A DNA stretch of 63,723 bases, counting the filler, from Lama guanicoe (lineage: Eukaryota): the NCBI GenBank assembly GCA_013239625.1. It is 203 parts of 203 records of this genome, joined end to end, with 100 filler letters (N's around TTAATTAATTAA, not from the genome) between each part and the next. Parts side by side here need not be neighbours in the genome. Positions count along the whole stretch, not along the records: positions 37,998 to 38,212 come from PNXV01037990.1; positions 38,313 to 38,527 come from PNXV01037991.1; positions 38,628 to 38,842 come from PNXV01037992.1; positions 38,943 to 39,157 come from PNXV01037993.1; positions 39,258 to 39,471 come from PNXV01037994.1; positions 39,572 to 39,786 come from PNXV01037995.1; positions 39,887 to 40,101 come from PNXV01037996.1; positions 40,202 to 40,416 come from PNXV01037997.1; 195 more parts are not named here. The stretch is one strand, 5' to 3'. Positions 37,898 to 49,549 of the stretch are shown here, in pieces; positions within the stretch are counted from its first letter, which is position 1; each line of letters starts with the position of its first letter. A program made the translations under genes and the position numbers. Below the pieces are notes generated by a model that made no database searches, was not told the DNA's origin, and saw only the letters and a program-made list of their open reading frames with translations.

Positions 37898-39257
37898 NNN
37901 NNNNNNNNNNNNNNNNNNNNNNNNNNNNNNNNNNNNNNNNNTTAATTAATTAANNNNNNNNNNNNNNNNNNNNNNNNNNNNNNNNNNNNNNNNNNNNCAG
38001 AGCATTCTTCCTGCATCTACAAAACTCCTTCAGCTTGAAATACTCAATGTGGCGTATTTTGGGTACCGTGTCACAATAGAGGCATCCTGAGTAAGTTAGA
38101 ACTTCGAGGGATTTGACAGTGCCGTGCCCAGGCAGCGGTCCGTGTTACACGAATGCAAATAACTGCACTGAATTGTCATTTCAGGTGAAGGTTACCGTCT
38201 CTAGTTCAGCTGNNNNNNNNNNNNNNNNNNNNNNNNNNNNNNNNNNNNNNNNNNNNTTAATTAATTAANNNNNNNNNNNNNNNNNNNNNNNNNNNNNNNN
38301 NNNNNNNNNNNNCAAAACACTGTCACTTTGTGACAGACATTTCAGAGGAGCAGATGACAGACACACACACACACAGAGCCAAGACACTAAAACCATCAGC
38401 CAGGGGGGTTTGCTTCAATCTGGTCATTATTCTGTAGTTTTCCCGTCTTTCATTTATGTTTAACAAAATAACAGGGTTCCTTGAGGCAGAGGTTATACCT
38501 TTTTTATTCCTCCCGTAGGGCCAGGATNNNNNNNNNNNNNNNNNNNNNNNNNNNNNNNNNNNNNNNNNNNNTTAATTAATTAANNNNNNNNNNNNNNNNN
38601 NNNNNNNNNNNNNNNNNNNNNNNNNNNTGGTCCGTGAAAGGTTCAGAAATGGGCGAGACTGCCGTGGCCAATGGAGAAAAACATCTGGAAAGATAAGAGA
38701 TTGGAAACAGCTTCTGATGGACACTGCGGTTTGGGAAGGCAGTGGATCACGATGTGGAAATGTGAGAGTGTCCAGGTTGGAGGGAAGAGAACGGTCTGGT
38801 AGAGGCAGAGCAGGGCACTGAAGCCAAGGGTGGAGTGCATGGNNNNNNNNNNNNNNNNNNNNNNNNNNNNNNNNNNNNNNNNNNNNTTAATTAATTAANN
38901 NNNNNNNNNNNNNNNNNNNNNNNNNNNNNNNNNNNNNNNNNNTTTTTTTTAATTTTCTGCATTTAGGCTGCTGCAGATTTTGTTTGATTCTCTCTATGTA
39001 CACCAACTCCTCTCCTGTCTCTTCCTTTTTTAAGGAATCATCTTCCATGATTTTAATGTGAGATTTCCCTGTAGGGGAAAGTCTTTGCTGACATCTCTTT
39101 TAAGAAATCACTGTTAAGACAAACAAGCATCTTTGCCAGTTTTTTCCTTAAAGAAATNNNNNNNNNNNNNNNNNNNNNNNNNNNNNNNNNNNNNNNNNNN
39201 NTTAATTAATTAANNNNNNNNNNNNNNNNNNNNNNNNNNNNNNNNNNNNNNNNNNNN

Positions 39258-39471
39258 CTGAAATCACAAAGCAACTACAATAAACCATAGGTAGGACATT
39301 CTTTGGTATTAGTTCTTGGGATTTTCTTTTGGATCTGTCTCCTCAGGCAAGGGTAAGAAAAGCAAAAATAAACAAATGGGACAATATGAAAGGAATAGGC
39401 TTTGCATAGCAATGGGAACCATCAACAAAATGAAAAGACAGCCTACTGAATGGGAGAAGATATTTGCAAAT
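39258..39471 (+). mobile_element. LINE-1 ORF2 fragment
   Basis: KAKINKWD and TINKMKRQPTEWEKIFAN motifs, with a frameshift between them. Confidence 0.9.
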
Positions 39472-39599
39472 NNNNNNNNNNNNNNNNNNNNNNNNNNNNN
39501 NNNNNNNNNNNNNNNTTAATTAATTAANNNNNNNNNNNNNNNNNNNNNNNNNNNNNNNNNNNNNNNNNNNNTTGACACCATGAAAAGTCTTGATTTTTA

Positions 39600-39775
39600 G
39601 CAACGAGACAAATACTGAGCCCTGAAATGTCAAAATACCTTGAGAAAAGCAATTGACCATAGTTTGGTGAGTTGACTGTATTGCAAGCCCCTTCCACTTT
39701 GGAAGGACCAGTGGTTTATTCTTACAGGAATTGACAGCTTTTCCAAATATGGATTTGTCTTTGCTGCCTGCAGGG
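39600..39775 (+). mobile_element. ERVL / MaLR-internal integrase remnant
   Basis: W*VDCI..(frameshift)..PLPLWKDQWFILTGIDSFSKYGFVFAA compared with ERVL WQVDYIGPLPSWKGQRFVLTGIDTYSGYGFAFPA. Confidence 0.8.
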
Positions 39776-40201
39776 TCCTGGTTGGCNNNNNNNNNNNNNN
39801 NNNNNNNNNNNNNNNNNNNNNNNNNNNNNNTTAATTAATTAANNNNNNNNNNNNNNNNNNNNNNNNNNNNNNNNNNNNNNNNNNNNAACTCAATTGCCAG
39901 GACCTTTGTTTATTATTGGTTGATTTCTCAGCCCATAAACAGAATCTATCCTATCACAAATGCTTGACTGAGTTCATTGAGTAAATGTGACGGTGCTCTT
40001 CAACACTATTTAGATAGACTCTTATTCTAGCTATATTAAGGCTTAAAATAAACTTTTAAGAGTTGGTTTGGGAACTCATTCACGATTTGTAACTTGTTCT
40101 GNNNNNNNNNNNNNNNNNNNNNNNNNNNNNNNNNNNNNNNNNNNNTTAATTAATTAANNNNNNNNNNNNNNNNNNNNNNNNNNNNNNNNNNNNNNNNNNN
40201 N

Positions 40202-40416
40202 AGAACCCAGGTGGGAGAGTGTTCCAAGTGAAGACTGGAGGTTGACTTTCCCTCTAGGCTGTGGGCCAGAAATCTCTGGCCTCGGGGAGCCCAGATTGGA
40301 GACAAGTGGGCTGATTTTCATTCCCGAGAAGGTTGGAAGTAAACAAATAACAGACAGCGGAGAGGAGTCTTCCAATTACCTCAGGAGGGTGGTGACGGTC
40401 CACCCTTAATCCACAG
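40202..40416 (+). other. Bubble pair 5, copy A (partner 40832-41046)
   Basis: 49 identical bases at each end, 5 substitutions. Confidence 0.95.
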
Positions 40417-40831
40417 NNNNNNNNNNNNNNNNNNNNNNNNNNNNNNNNNNNNNNNNNNNNTTAATTAATTAANNNNNNNNNNNNNNNNNNNNNNNNNNNN
40501 NNNNNNNNNNNNNNNNTAACAAGAGATTGTTTTTTAAAGATACCTAATGATAGTGCAAAGTCAGGAAAGCAGTGCCTTGTTGAGAAGCACTGGTTACTTT
40601 TCACATCATTATACCAACAAGGTCTCACTCTCACCGATTGCATTCCTCAGAAGTGCAAACAGAATGTGACATGTTGCCTTCGTGAGAGTCAGATGTTTTC
40701 TTCTCTTTTTTGGGATACTTGTCATGAAACTNNNNNNNNNNNNNNNNNNNNNNNNNNNNNNNNNNNNNNNNNNNNTTAATTAATTAANNNNNNNNNNNNN
40801 NNNNNNNNNNNNNNNNNNNNNNNNNNNNNNN

Positions 40832-41046
40832 AGAACCCAGGTGGGAGAGTGTTCCAAGTGAAGACTGGAGGTTGACTTTCGCTCTAGGCTGTGGGCCAGA
40901 AATCTCTGGCCTCGGGGAGCCCAGACTGGAGACAAGTGAGCTGATTTTCATTCCCGAGAAGGCTGGAAGTAAACAAATAACAGACAGCGGAGAGGACTCT
41001 TCCAATTACCTCAGGAGGGTGGTGACGGTCCACCCTTAATCCACAG
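40832..41046 (+). other. Bubble pair 5, copy B (partner 40202-40416)
   Basis: 49 identical bases at each end, 5 substitutions. Confidence 0.95.
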
Positions 41047-41776
41047 NNNNNNNNNNNNNNNNNNNNNNNNNNNNNNNNNNNNNNNNNNNNTTAATTAATT
41101 AANNNNNNNNNNNNNNNNNNNNNNNNNNNNNNNNNNNNNNNNNNNNAAAATAAAACCTAAAAGCCCACTTTCATAAATGACCGCCTCCATTGGGCGTAAG
41201 ATAATTTTAAAGCATCTACATCATAAAGATCTCAGGAAACTGAGTATATGTATGAAATTGGAGGGCAAGTGCAAGATCAAGGTGGGCAAGGATACTACGT
41301 GGGAAGCTGGGGGTGGGGAGGGGGGACATAATGAGCGGGAAGAAACATTGTCTTCCTAGAANNNNNNNNNNNNNNNNNNNNNNNNNNNNNNNNNNNNNNN
41401 NNNNNTTAATTAATTAANNNNNNNNNNNNNNNNNNNNNNNNNNNNNNNNNNNNNNNNNNNNCCGCCACTCAGCTCTGCCCAGAACACCCTTCTCCCAAGT
41501 ATCTGTTCACCCTGCTCCTCCGGGCCTCCACTTCACGCCAGAGAGAAAGTTCTGGAGCATGACACCCCAAATACCCACCCGTCCTCATGACCCCCCGTGG
41601 CGTCAATGACATGACCACAGCTGAGTCTGGTTAAGCCCTGCCCAGCACAGTGTGTCCCCCAGAGCAGAGGGCCTGCNNNNNNNNNNNNNNNNNNNNNNNN
41701 NNNNNNNNNNNNNNNNNNNNTTAATTAATTAANNNNNNNNNNNNNNNNNNNNNNNNNNNNNNNNNNNNNNNNNNNN

Positions 41777-41990
41777 TTTGCAACAAAGAGTAGGTAGTCA
41801 GAACATCAAAAGATCACTGCTAATTCAAGAAAACCAGACACCTCAAGTTAATGAATTTAGTGCTTTTCTACATATGGGAAGGTGTAAAGGTCCAGGTTCA
41901 TTGAAACCATTCCTTTTATATGTACCTAGCTATCTAGGGCCAGTATCCTGTTCTTTCATATCTTGAATTCCCTCAGGCTGTACCGTTGTG
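41777..41990. mobile_element. ERV1 LTR fragment (MER41-like laurasiatherian family)
   Basis: gaacatcaaaagatcactgctaat...aaaccagacacctcaagttaatgaatttagtgcttttcta...tatgggaag...gctatctagggccagtatcctgtt. Confidence 0.6.
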
Positions 41991-42090
41991 NNNNNNNNNN
42001 NNNNNNNNNNNNNNNNNNNNNNNNNNNNNNNNNNTTAATTAATTAANNNNNNNNNNNNNNNNNNNNNNNNNNNNNNNNNNNNNNNNNNNN

Positions 42091-42305
42091 TCAGCATCAT
42101 GAATGCTATAGAAAACAAACCTACAGACAACATAGTACTCAACAGTGAGAAAGTCAAAATTTTCTAAATGAAATCTGGGACAAGACACGGATGCACACTA
42201 TCACCACTCCAACAGAATATAAACTTGGAAGTCCTAGTCACAGCAATCAAACAAGAGAGAGAATTAAAAGGGTTGCAAATTGGAAAGGAAGGTGTAAAAG
42301 TCTCA
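42091..42305 (+). mobile_element. LINE-1 ORF2 reverse transcriptase fragment, decayed
   Basis: [45 protein letters not shown] compared with L1 [42 protein letters not shown]. Confidence 0.93.
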
Positions 42306-44409
42306 NNNNNNNNNNNNNNNNNNNNNNNNNNNNNNNNNNNNNNNNNNNNTTAATTAATTAANNNNNNNNNNNNNNNNNNNNNNNNNNNNNNNNNNNNNNN
42401 NNNNNGACAGATGAAAGGAAGAGAATTTTAAAAAGTTCTGAGACAGATTCAACTATATATGAGTTTAGAGTATGATTAAGGTGATATTTCAGATCAATGG
42501 AAAACAGACAGTTACTTGAGAAATAAGGAAGGGAAATTAGCTCACTACTTGGCAGAAACAAGGTGTGATATATCTCCACAATAAATTTTGGTGGAGTAAT
42601 GATTTGGATGTTAAAATTGANNNNNNNNNNNNNNNNNNNNNNNNNNNNNNNNNNNNNNNNNNNNTTAATTAATTAANNNNNNNNNNNNNNNNNNNNNNNN
42701 NNNNNNNNNNNNNNNNNNNNTGGCGTAATTAGACAATATGAAGCTGAGTAACTACTTTTTGGCTCCACAGTTGTATATTTTAAGTTAAAAATAAATCTGA
42801 GTTGGTACGAATGCCTACTCTCTGCACTGCAGGCTTTTGGTTTGCTGCTAAAAGATGGAAATATAAATTCAACCTTCATATAGTCAATAGACGTTTTCTA
42901 AGGTCCTTCTCTGCTCGGTGTACTGGGCCACTGATNNNNNNNNNNNNNNNNNNNNNNNNNNNNNNNNNNNNNNNNNNNNTTAATTAATTAANNNNNNNNN
43001 NNNNNNNNNNNNNNNNNNNNNNNNNNNNNNNNNNNGCCCAGGACTAAAGCAGAAGAATGTGCGTGAATGCCCAGGACCGAGACACGGATGGTAATTAAGG
43101 GAAGTCGCCATCTGTAAAGGAAATGACATGCTCGTTCTAGGGCTCCAGGACGGGCATGAGCCCACGGCTGCGTTCACGCCAGCACTCAGGTGTCTTCCGT
43201 GGCAGTGGAGCATGGCGCACGGGCTGGGCGCTAGCTTACTGCTTCTTATTNNNNNNNNNNNNNNNNNNNNNNNNNNNNNNNNNNNNNNNNNNNNTTAATT
43301 AATTAANNNNNNNNNNNNNNNNNNNNNNNNNNNNNNNNNNNNNNNNNNNNAGTGGGGATGTGGGATGCAGATGGCAGACAGACTGGAAGGAGAGACGGGG
43401 AATATTTCCTCAGGCTTCAGTTTGGGAGATTTCTGATTTCCATATGGACATTAAACTGGGTCAGGCTGAAGCGCCATTTGCTCTAAGACTGGGTGATGTA
43501 CACGTATCCCTACAACTTCTAAACAATATGTTGAAGCTGGGCGTGACAGCCTAGGGGACAGACAGNNNNNNNNNNNNNNNNNNNNNNNNNNNNNNNNNNN
43601 NNNNNNNNNTTAATTAATTAANNNNNNNNNNNNNNNNNNNNNNNNNNNNNNNNNNNNNNNNNNNNTTGATTTGTGGAATGTTCCTCATTCTAGATTTACC
43701 TGATTATTTCCTCACGGTGTCACTTACTTTGTTCCTCCATTTCTCATGTTTCTTGTAAACTGCCAGTCCAGTCTAAAGGCGTGATTCGATTCAGACAAAA
43801 CAGGTTTGGCTATACTACTTCGTAGGTGACGCTGTGTATTTTCTATTACATGCATCTGGCCATTCATTAGTGTTACTGAGNNNNNNNNNNNNNNNNNNNN
43901 NNNNNNNNNNNNNNNNNNNNNNNNTTAATTAATTAANNNNNNNNNNNNNNNNNNNNNNNNNNNNNNNNNNNNNNNNNNNNACCAGCTTACTGTTCCTAAC
44001 ATTATAGCAGATTATGGTTAATATTATTACGAATCAATGTTTTTTGAAATCAAGACACAAATCACAACAGAATGACAACAGTGAATGAACCCACTAAATA
44101 AGCTTCAGAGAACCCTTCCAGAGGTTCTGTCTGGAGTTCATCTTACATGAATAACCTATATGAATAACCAGCTCCTTTATCTCTAAATGGGCAATNNNNN
44201 NNNNNNNNNNNNNNNNNNNNNNNNNNNNNNNNNNNNNNNTTAATTAATTAANNNNNNNNNNNNNNNNNNNNNNNNNNNNNNNNNNNNNNNNNNNNTTAAA
44301 AATTCACCTTTATGCCAACACAGCCATAAAGTATAGCGTTTAATGTGTTTTTATGGAGGAAGAGGCACACACCTGGGGCCCATGAAAGCTGTCAAGTGGC
44401 CCTAGTTGC

Positions 44410-44510
44410 CACCATTAGAATGTAAACTCCGTGAGGGCAGCGATCAATGGTCTTGGTCCCTTGGGCCTCGTGGGCAGTCAGCGCAGTGCCTGGTGTGGGC
44501 GTAGTCTCAG
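44410..44510 (+). mobile_element. LINE-2 3' end
   Basis: ccattagaatgtaaactccgtgagggcag...gcagtgcctgg. Confidence 0.7.
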
Positions 44511-44610
44511 NNNNNNNNNNNNNNNNNNNNNNNNNNNNNNNNNNNNNNNNNNNNTTAATTAATTAANNNNNNNNNNNNNNNNNNNNNNNNNNNNNNNNNN
44601 NNNNNNNNNN

Positions 44611-45140
44611 TAAAAAACTTAGTTCTTCTAATTCAAAGGTACAGGATGTCTTTCCATTTATGTGAATCACATTCAGTTTTCTTCATCAATGTTTTGTATT
44701 TTTCGGAATATAGGTTTTTCACCTCCTTGAGTAAGTTTATTCCTAGGTATTTCTTTTGATGCAATTTTAAATGTGAGATTGTTTGTTACTTTATCTTTCT
44801 GATATTTCATTATTTGCATATAGAANNNNNNNNNNNNNNNNNNNNNNNNNNNNNNNNNNNNNNNNNNNNTTAATTAATTAANNNNNNNNNNNNNNNNNNN
44901 NNNNNNNNNNNNNNNNNNNNNNNNNTAAAAAACTTAGTTCTTCTAATTCAAAGGTACAGGATGTCTTTCCATTTCTGTGAATCACATTCAGTTTTCTTCA
45001 TCAATGTTTTGTATTTTTCAGAATATAGGTTTTTCACCTCCTTGAGTAAGTTTACTCCCAGGTATTTCTTTTGATGCAATTTTAAATGTGGGATTGTTTG
45101 TTACTTTATCTTTCTGATATTTCATTATTTGCATATAGAA
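44611..45140 (-). mobile_element. Bubble pair 6 (44611-44825 and 44926-45140), both antisense L1 ORF2 fragments
   Basis: 49 identical bases at each end, 5 substitutions; ttcacctccttg..taagtttattcctaggtattt L1 signature. Confidence 0.9.
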
Positions 45141-46500
45141 NNNNNNNNNNNNNNNNNNNNNNNNNNNNNNNNNNNNNNNNNNNNTTAATTAATTAANNNN
45201 NNNNNNNNNNNNNNNNNNNNNNNNNNNNNNNNNNNNNNNNGAATTCAAGTTTGAAGAACAAGAGGACTCTCCAGCGCCTCCTTCCTGTATGTACACACAC
45301 ACTTCAACACTTGGGAGCCCACTGGCCTCTCTTTTCTCACTCATTTTTAGAGGGCTGCTCTTAAGCTCCCAAGTCCGGTGCTTTTTTCGGTGCGTATCTG
45401 CTTTTTCCTCCTGCTGTGTCGGTTACCCAGCCTTAGCCAATCCTATTTTTTTCTANNNNNNNNNNNNNNNNNNNNNNNNNNNNNNNNNNNNNNNNNNNNT
45501 TAATTAATTAANNNNNNNNNNNNNNNNNNNNNNNNNNNNNNNNNNNNNNNNNNNNAATGTATATCAGTAATAGTATTATTAGAGCAAACAAGAGCATTGC
45601 AGGTCCTTTCAAAATATAGTTATGTTACATATAATTATAGAGAATAAAATCATATGAAGTTAATACAATAAAAGAATACCAAAAATTAAGTACAGGTCCT
45701 TCGAGGACAGGGCTGTGCTCTATCCCACAGCAGTGGAGCCGCAGTTCCTGGAGCAAAGCTGGGTATGCTANNNNNNNNNNNNNNNNNNNNNNNNNNNNNN
45801 NNNNNNNNNNNNNNTTAATTAATTAANNNNNNNNNNNNNNNNNNNNNNNNNNNNNNNNNNNNNNNNNNNNGGGGAAAGTTTGTGAAGCGAAGGGCATGTT
45901 CCATTGCAAAGAAATCTCGCAGCAAACCTGGGAGCATGGTCAGTAAAAGATTAATGCTGAGATCAGAGGCAGTGGGAAAACTAGCAGGGGCAGCTCTTTA
46001 CAAGTCACATCATGTACTCTGTGTGTGTCCATGTGCGTGTGCATACAGACGTGTGGGCATGTATGATGTATACACCTGCCTTTCGNNNNNNNNNNNNNNN
46101 NNNNNNNNNNNNNNNNNNNNNNNNNNNNNTTAATTAATTAANNNNNNNNNNNNNNNNNNNNNNNNNNNNNNNNNNNNNNNNNNNNGATTTACCTCTGGAC
46201 TTTTCCAGCTTACGGAACCCCATGAATTTCCACCGTTGCCCACGTGAAAGAATACTGAGGCACTCTGCGCTTAGATCGTTGTGAAGACACCAAAATGACC
46301 ACAGGGCGAGACAGCCTTCTGAAAACCCTTCACCACGCACCAGAATTCAACCAGTTTCTGCAAAGGGACCAATTCCCAACCAACCAGAGAGAGCATACGG
46401 NNNNNNNNNNNNNNNNNNNNNNNNNNNNNNNNNNNNNNNNNNNNTTAATTAATTAANNNNNNNNNNNNNNNNNNNNNNNNNNNNNNNNNNNNNNNNNNNN

Positions 46501-46715
46501 TCCTCTCGGGGCGCTGATTGGCCGCCCGGCGCGGTGACGCGCTGGCGCCAGGGGGAGCACGCAGGCGGGCCGAGCGGGTTGGGGCGGAGCTGGGCTCGGG
46601 GCGGGGCGCGGGCGCCCGGGGGCGGAGGAGCCCGGAGGCGGGAGGCGGGAGGCGCCCGGGCCGTTTAAGCGGCCTCCCTCCCGCCCCCAGCTGCCCGGTT
46701 TGGCTTCGGCCCTGT
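46501..46715. promoter_or_regulatory. CpG-island core promoter: inverted CCAAT box, half-CRE, three GC boxes
   Basis: CTGATTGGC at 46514-46522, TGACG at 46535, GGGGCGGAGC / GGGGCGGGGC / GGGGCGGAGG, and TTTAAG at about 46664. Confidence 0.8.
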
Positions 46716-47130
46716 NNNNNNNNNNNNNNNNNNNNNNNNNNNNNNNNNNNNNNNNNNNNTTAATTAATTAANNNNNNNNNNNNNNNNNNNNNNNNNNNNN
46801 NNNNNNNNNNNNNNNTGTATTTGTCACCCTTCTTAATTTATAACTATGTTCTCCTTTGGTATTTCTTAACAATTTTGTATATATTATTTTGTACTCAAGT
46901 TGGCTCTTGACTTACCATCCAATACTTTACACTTAGACCTGACATTTTTATATCTGATCATTATGATTATGACTGCTCCTTTTGGGGGTATACTGAAGAT
47001 GCTGGTACAGAGACAAACCACCAAAAAAAANNNNNNNNNNNNNNNNNNNNNNNNNNNNNNNNNNNNNNNNNNNNTTAATTAATTAANNNNNNNNNNNNNN
47101 NNNNNNNNNNNNNNNNNNNNNNNNNNNNNN

Positions 47131-47344
47131 TATAGAATTTAGAATATACAATGTATAACACAGAATATAGAATATAGACTACGAAATGCAGTATATAGAA
47201 TACAGAAGATAGAATATAGAACACAGAATATAGAATATGTATAACAGAATACAACACCCATAATTGACAACATGGAAAGAAGAACACAGAATGATAATAT
47301 AGAATACAGAATACTGAATTTCAAATTTAGAATATAGAATGTAG
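47131..47344. repeat. Degenerate heptamer tandem repeat (TATAGAA / TACAGAA)n
   Basis: 7-bp periodicity across the whole contig. Confidence 0.9.
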
Positions 47345-47500
47345 NNNNNNNNNNNNNNNNNNNNNNNNNNNNNNNNNNNNNNNNNNNNTTAATTAATTAA
47401 NNNNNNNNNNNNNNNNNNNNNNNNNNNNNNNNNNNNNNNNNNNNATGAATCCAGGGACAAGGTTTCAGGAGAAGCCATTGCAGAAAGAAACTAGAAGCAA

Positions 47501-47582
47501 AAGTAAAAACTTTATTTGTCTTTTGTTTGTTTTTTTATATTTTTTAATTGAAGTATAGTCAGTTTACAAGAAGTAGAAACTT
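47501..47582 (-). mobile_element. Extremely 5'-truncated L1 3' end with degenerate poly-A and target-site duplication
   Basis: aagtaaaaactt (47501-47512) and aagtagaaactt (47571-47582) flank a T-rich tail plus ttaattgaagtatagtcagtttacaa. Confidence 0.75.
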
Positions 47583-49334
47583 GAACTTTAGATTAGGAAA
47601 GCATTAAATGATTTTATAATGTGTTTGCTGCTAAGTATTATATATTTAAAATACATCCANNNNNNNNNNNNNNNNNNNNNNNNNNNNNNNNNNNNNNNNN
47701 NNNTTAATTAATTAANNNNNNNNNNNNNNNNNNNNNNNNNNNNNNNNNNNNNNNNNNNNCATGAAACACTAAGGGATATATTTAACATCGTATGTGCATG
47801 ATCCTTAGGCTGAAAACTACAGAACATTGGTGAAAGGAATAACAGAAGTCTTAAATAATTGGATAGACAAACCATTTTCATAAGTTGGGCAGGAGCACAA
47901 TCCTGTTATCAAACTGGTAAGTTTTCAGAACTAATATAAGGTCATTTAACTCAGGAAAATTTCTTATAATTGTANNNNNNNNNNNNNNNNNNNNNNNNNN
48001 NNNNNNNNNNNNNNNNNNTTAATTAATTAANNNNNNNNNNNNNNNNNNNNNNNNNNNNNNNNNNNNNNNNNNNNGGTCCCCAGTCCCAGCTCGGATGGGG
48101 CCATGGGCTGTCAGCTGCACTCATTGAAAGGTGGTTGGACTGGGAACAGCACTCTGATCCCCAGGACAAAGGCTCCTTCCCGTGTTCTGGGCTTGGAGGT
48201 GGGGAGGGAGGCTCACATCCCCCCTGGGTGTGGGTCCCCAGGGCTCTGCCTCCTTCATCCCTGACCTTAGGCTTGGGTCAGGAGCAGGTNNNNNNNNNNN
48301 NNNNNNNNNNNNNNNNNNNNNNNNNNNNNNNNNTTAATTAATTAANNNNNNNNNNNNNNNNNNNNNNNNNNNNNNNNNNNNNNNNNNNNTTTGCAGGAAC
48401 GCATACAAGGAAATGCACTTTACAGTCACAATCTCAGACATGCAGTGCAAGGTGGAGATGGTGTGACTCAACAAGATATCCATCTGTGATGGTTTGGAAA
48501 AAAAAAACAAAACAGTCCACTTGCAGAGGGAAAGAGACCAGAAGAGTTACCTCTTTAGATTCCTCTAGTATTAAAGTGAGCATAATCTTTATTAAATTGA
48601 ATTTNNNNNNNNNNNNNNNNNNNNNNNNNNNNNNNNNNNNNNNNNNNNTTAATTAATTAANNNNNNNNNNNNNNNNNNNNNNNNNNNNNNNNNNNNNNNN
48701 NNNNAAAAAAACAGTGCTGTTAAGTGGAACTGCCTGGCTTAGACCATGTACATTTCTGCACAGTCTTTATGGAATCTGCACAAAGAAATATCTTCTCCCT
48801 TTGCTCCAATTAATTGTTCTTGTATGTAAGTTCCTTTCTATTCCAGTATATCCAGAGTGGCGAAATGACAAGGCCAGCCACGTAGCCAAAGGTCGCTCCA
48901 AGCGTGCAGGAGATGGGCCNNNNNNNNNNNNNNNNNNNNNNNNNNNNNNNNNNNNNNNNNNNNTTAATTAATTAANNNNNNNNNNNNNNNNNNNNNNNNN
49001 NNNNNNNNNNNNNNNNNNNTCTTGATGCTAATACTCAAGCAACTGTTTCCTAGTGACTTGGTCCAGAAAACCTGGCCATGTTGGCTGATGGTCTCAGGCT
49101 AAGCATAAGAGCATGAAGGTTTCAGAAAAATGTTTAACATCAGTCTGTACTAGATAGAAAGGGCTTCTGGTTGGTCTGAAGACAAGAAACAGTAGTTCTG
49201 TTTAAGCTACGCTTTTGATTCTCCTTTGTTCAATNNNNNNNNNNNNNNNNNNNNNNNNNNNNNNNNNNNNNNNNNNNNTTAATTAATTAANNNNNNNNNN
49301 NNNNNNNNNNNNNNNNNNNNNNNNNNNNNNNNNN

Positions 49335-49549
49335 GGGATGCTGCGGCCTGTGAGTGGGGGAGGCAGGCTTGGCAGGGGCTCTCCGCCCTGGGAGCTGCGG
49401 CCTGGGGCTGGGGGCTGGCTGCGGGCGGGGAGCGGGCCTTTCCGCAGGGCGCCCTCGCTGCTTTCCCTGCGGCCCGCTGCCTCCTCTCCGGGTGCCCAGC
49501 ACCCAGGGCCCAGGGGCCAGGCCCGGGGGCGTCGCCTCTGGGAACGGGT
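49335..49549. promoter_or_regulatory. GC/CpG-rich fragment (island)
   Basis: Composition only. Confidence 0.55.

Noticed and set aside
40202..41005. Minus-strand ORF open in both copies of pair 5
   Set aside because: It has no ATG at the annotated start, all five differences are non-synonymous (D/E, T/A, P/S, N/S, G/A), and I recognise no homolog.
47075..47324. Hydrophobic membrane-protein-like ORFs (YSIF/ILYS repeats)
   Set aside because: These are translations of the heptamer simple repeat.
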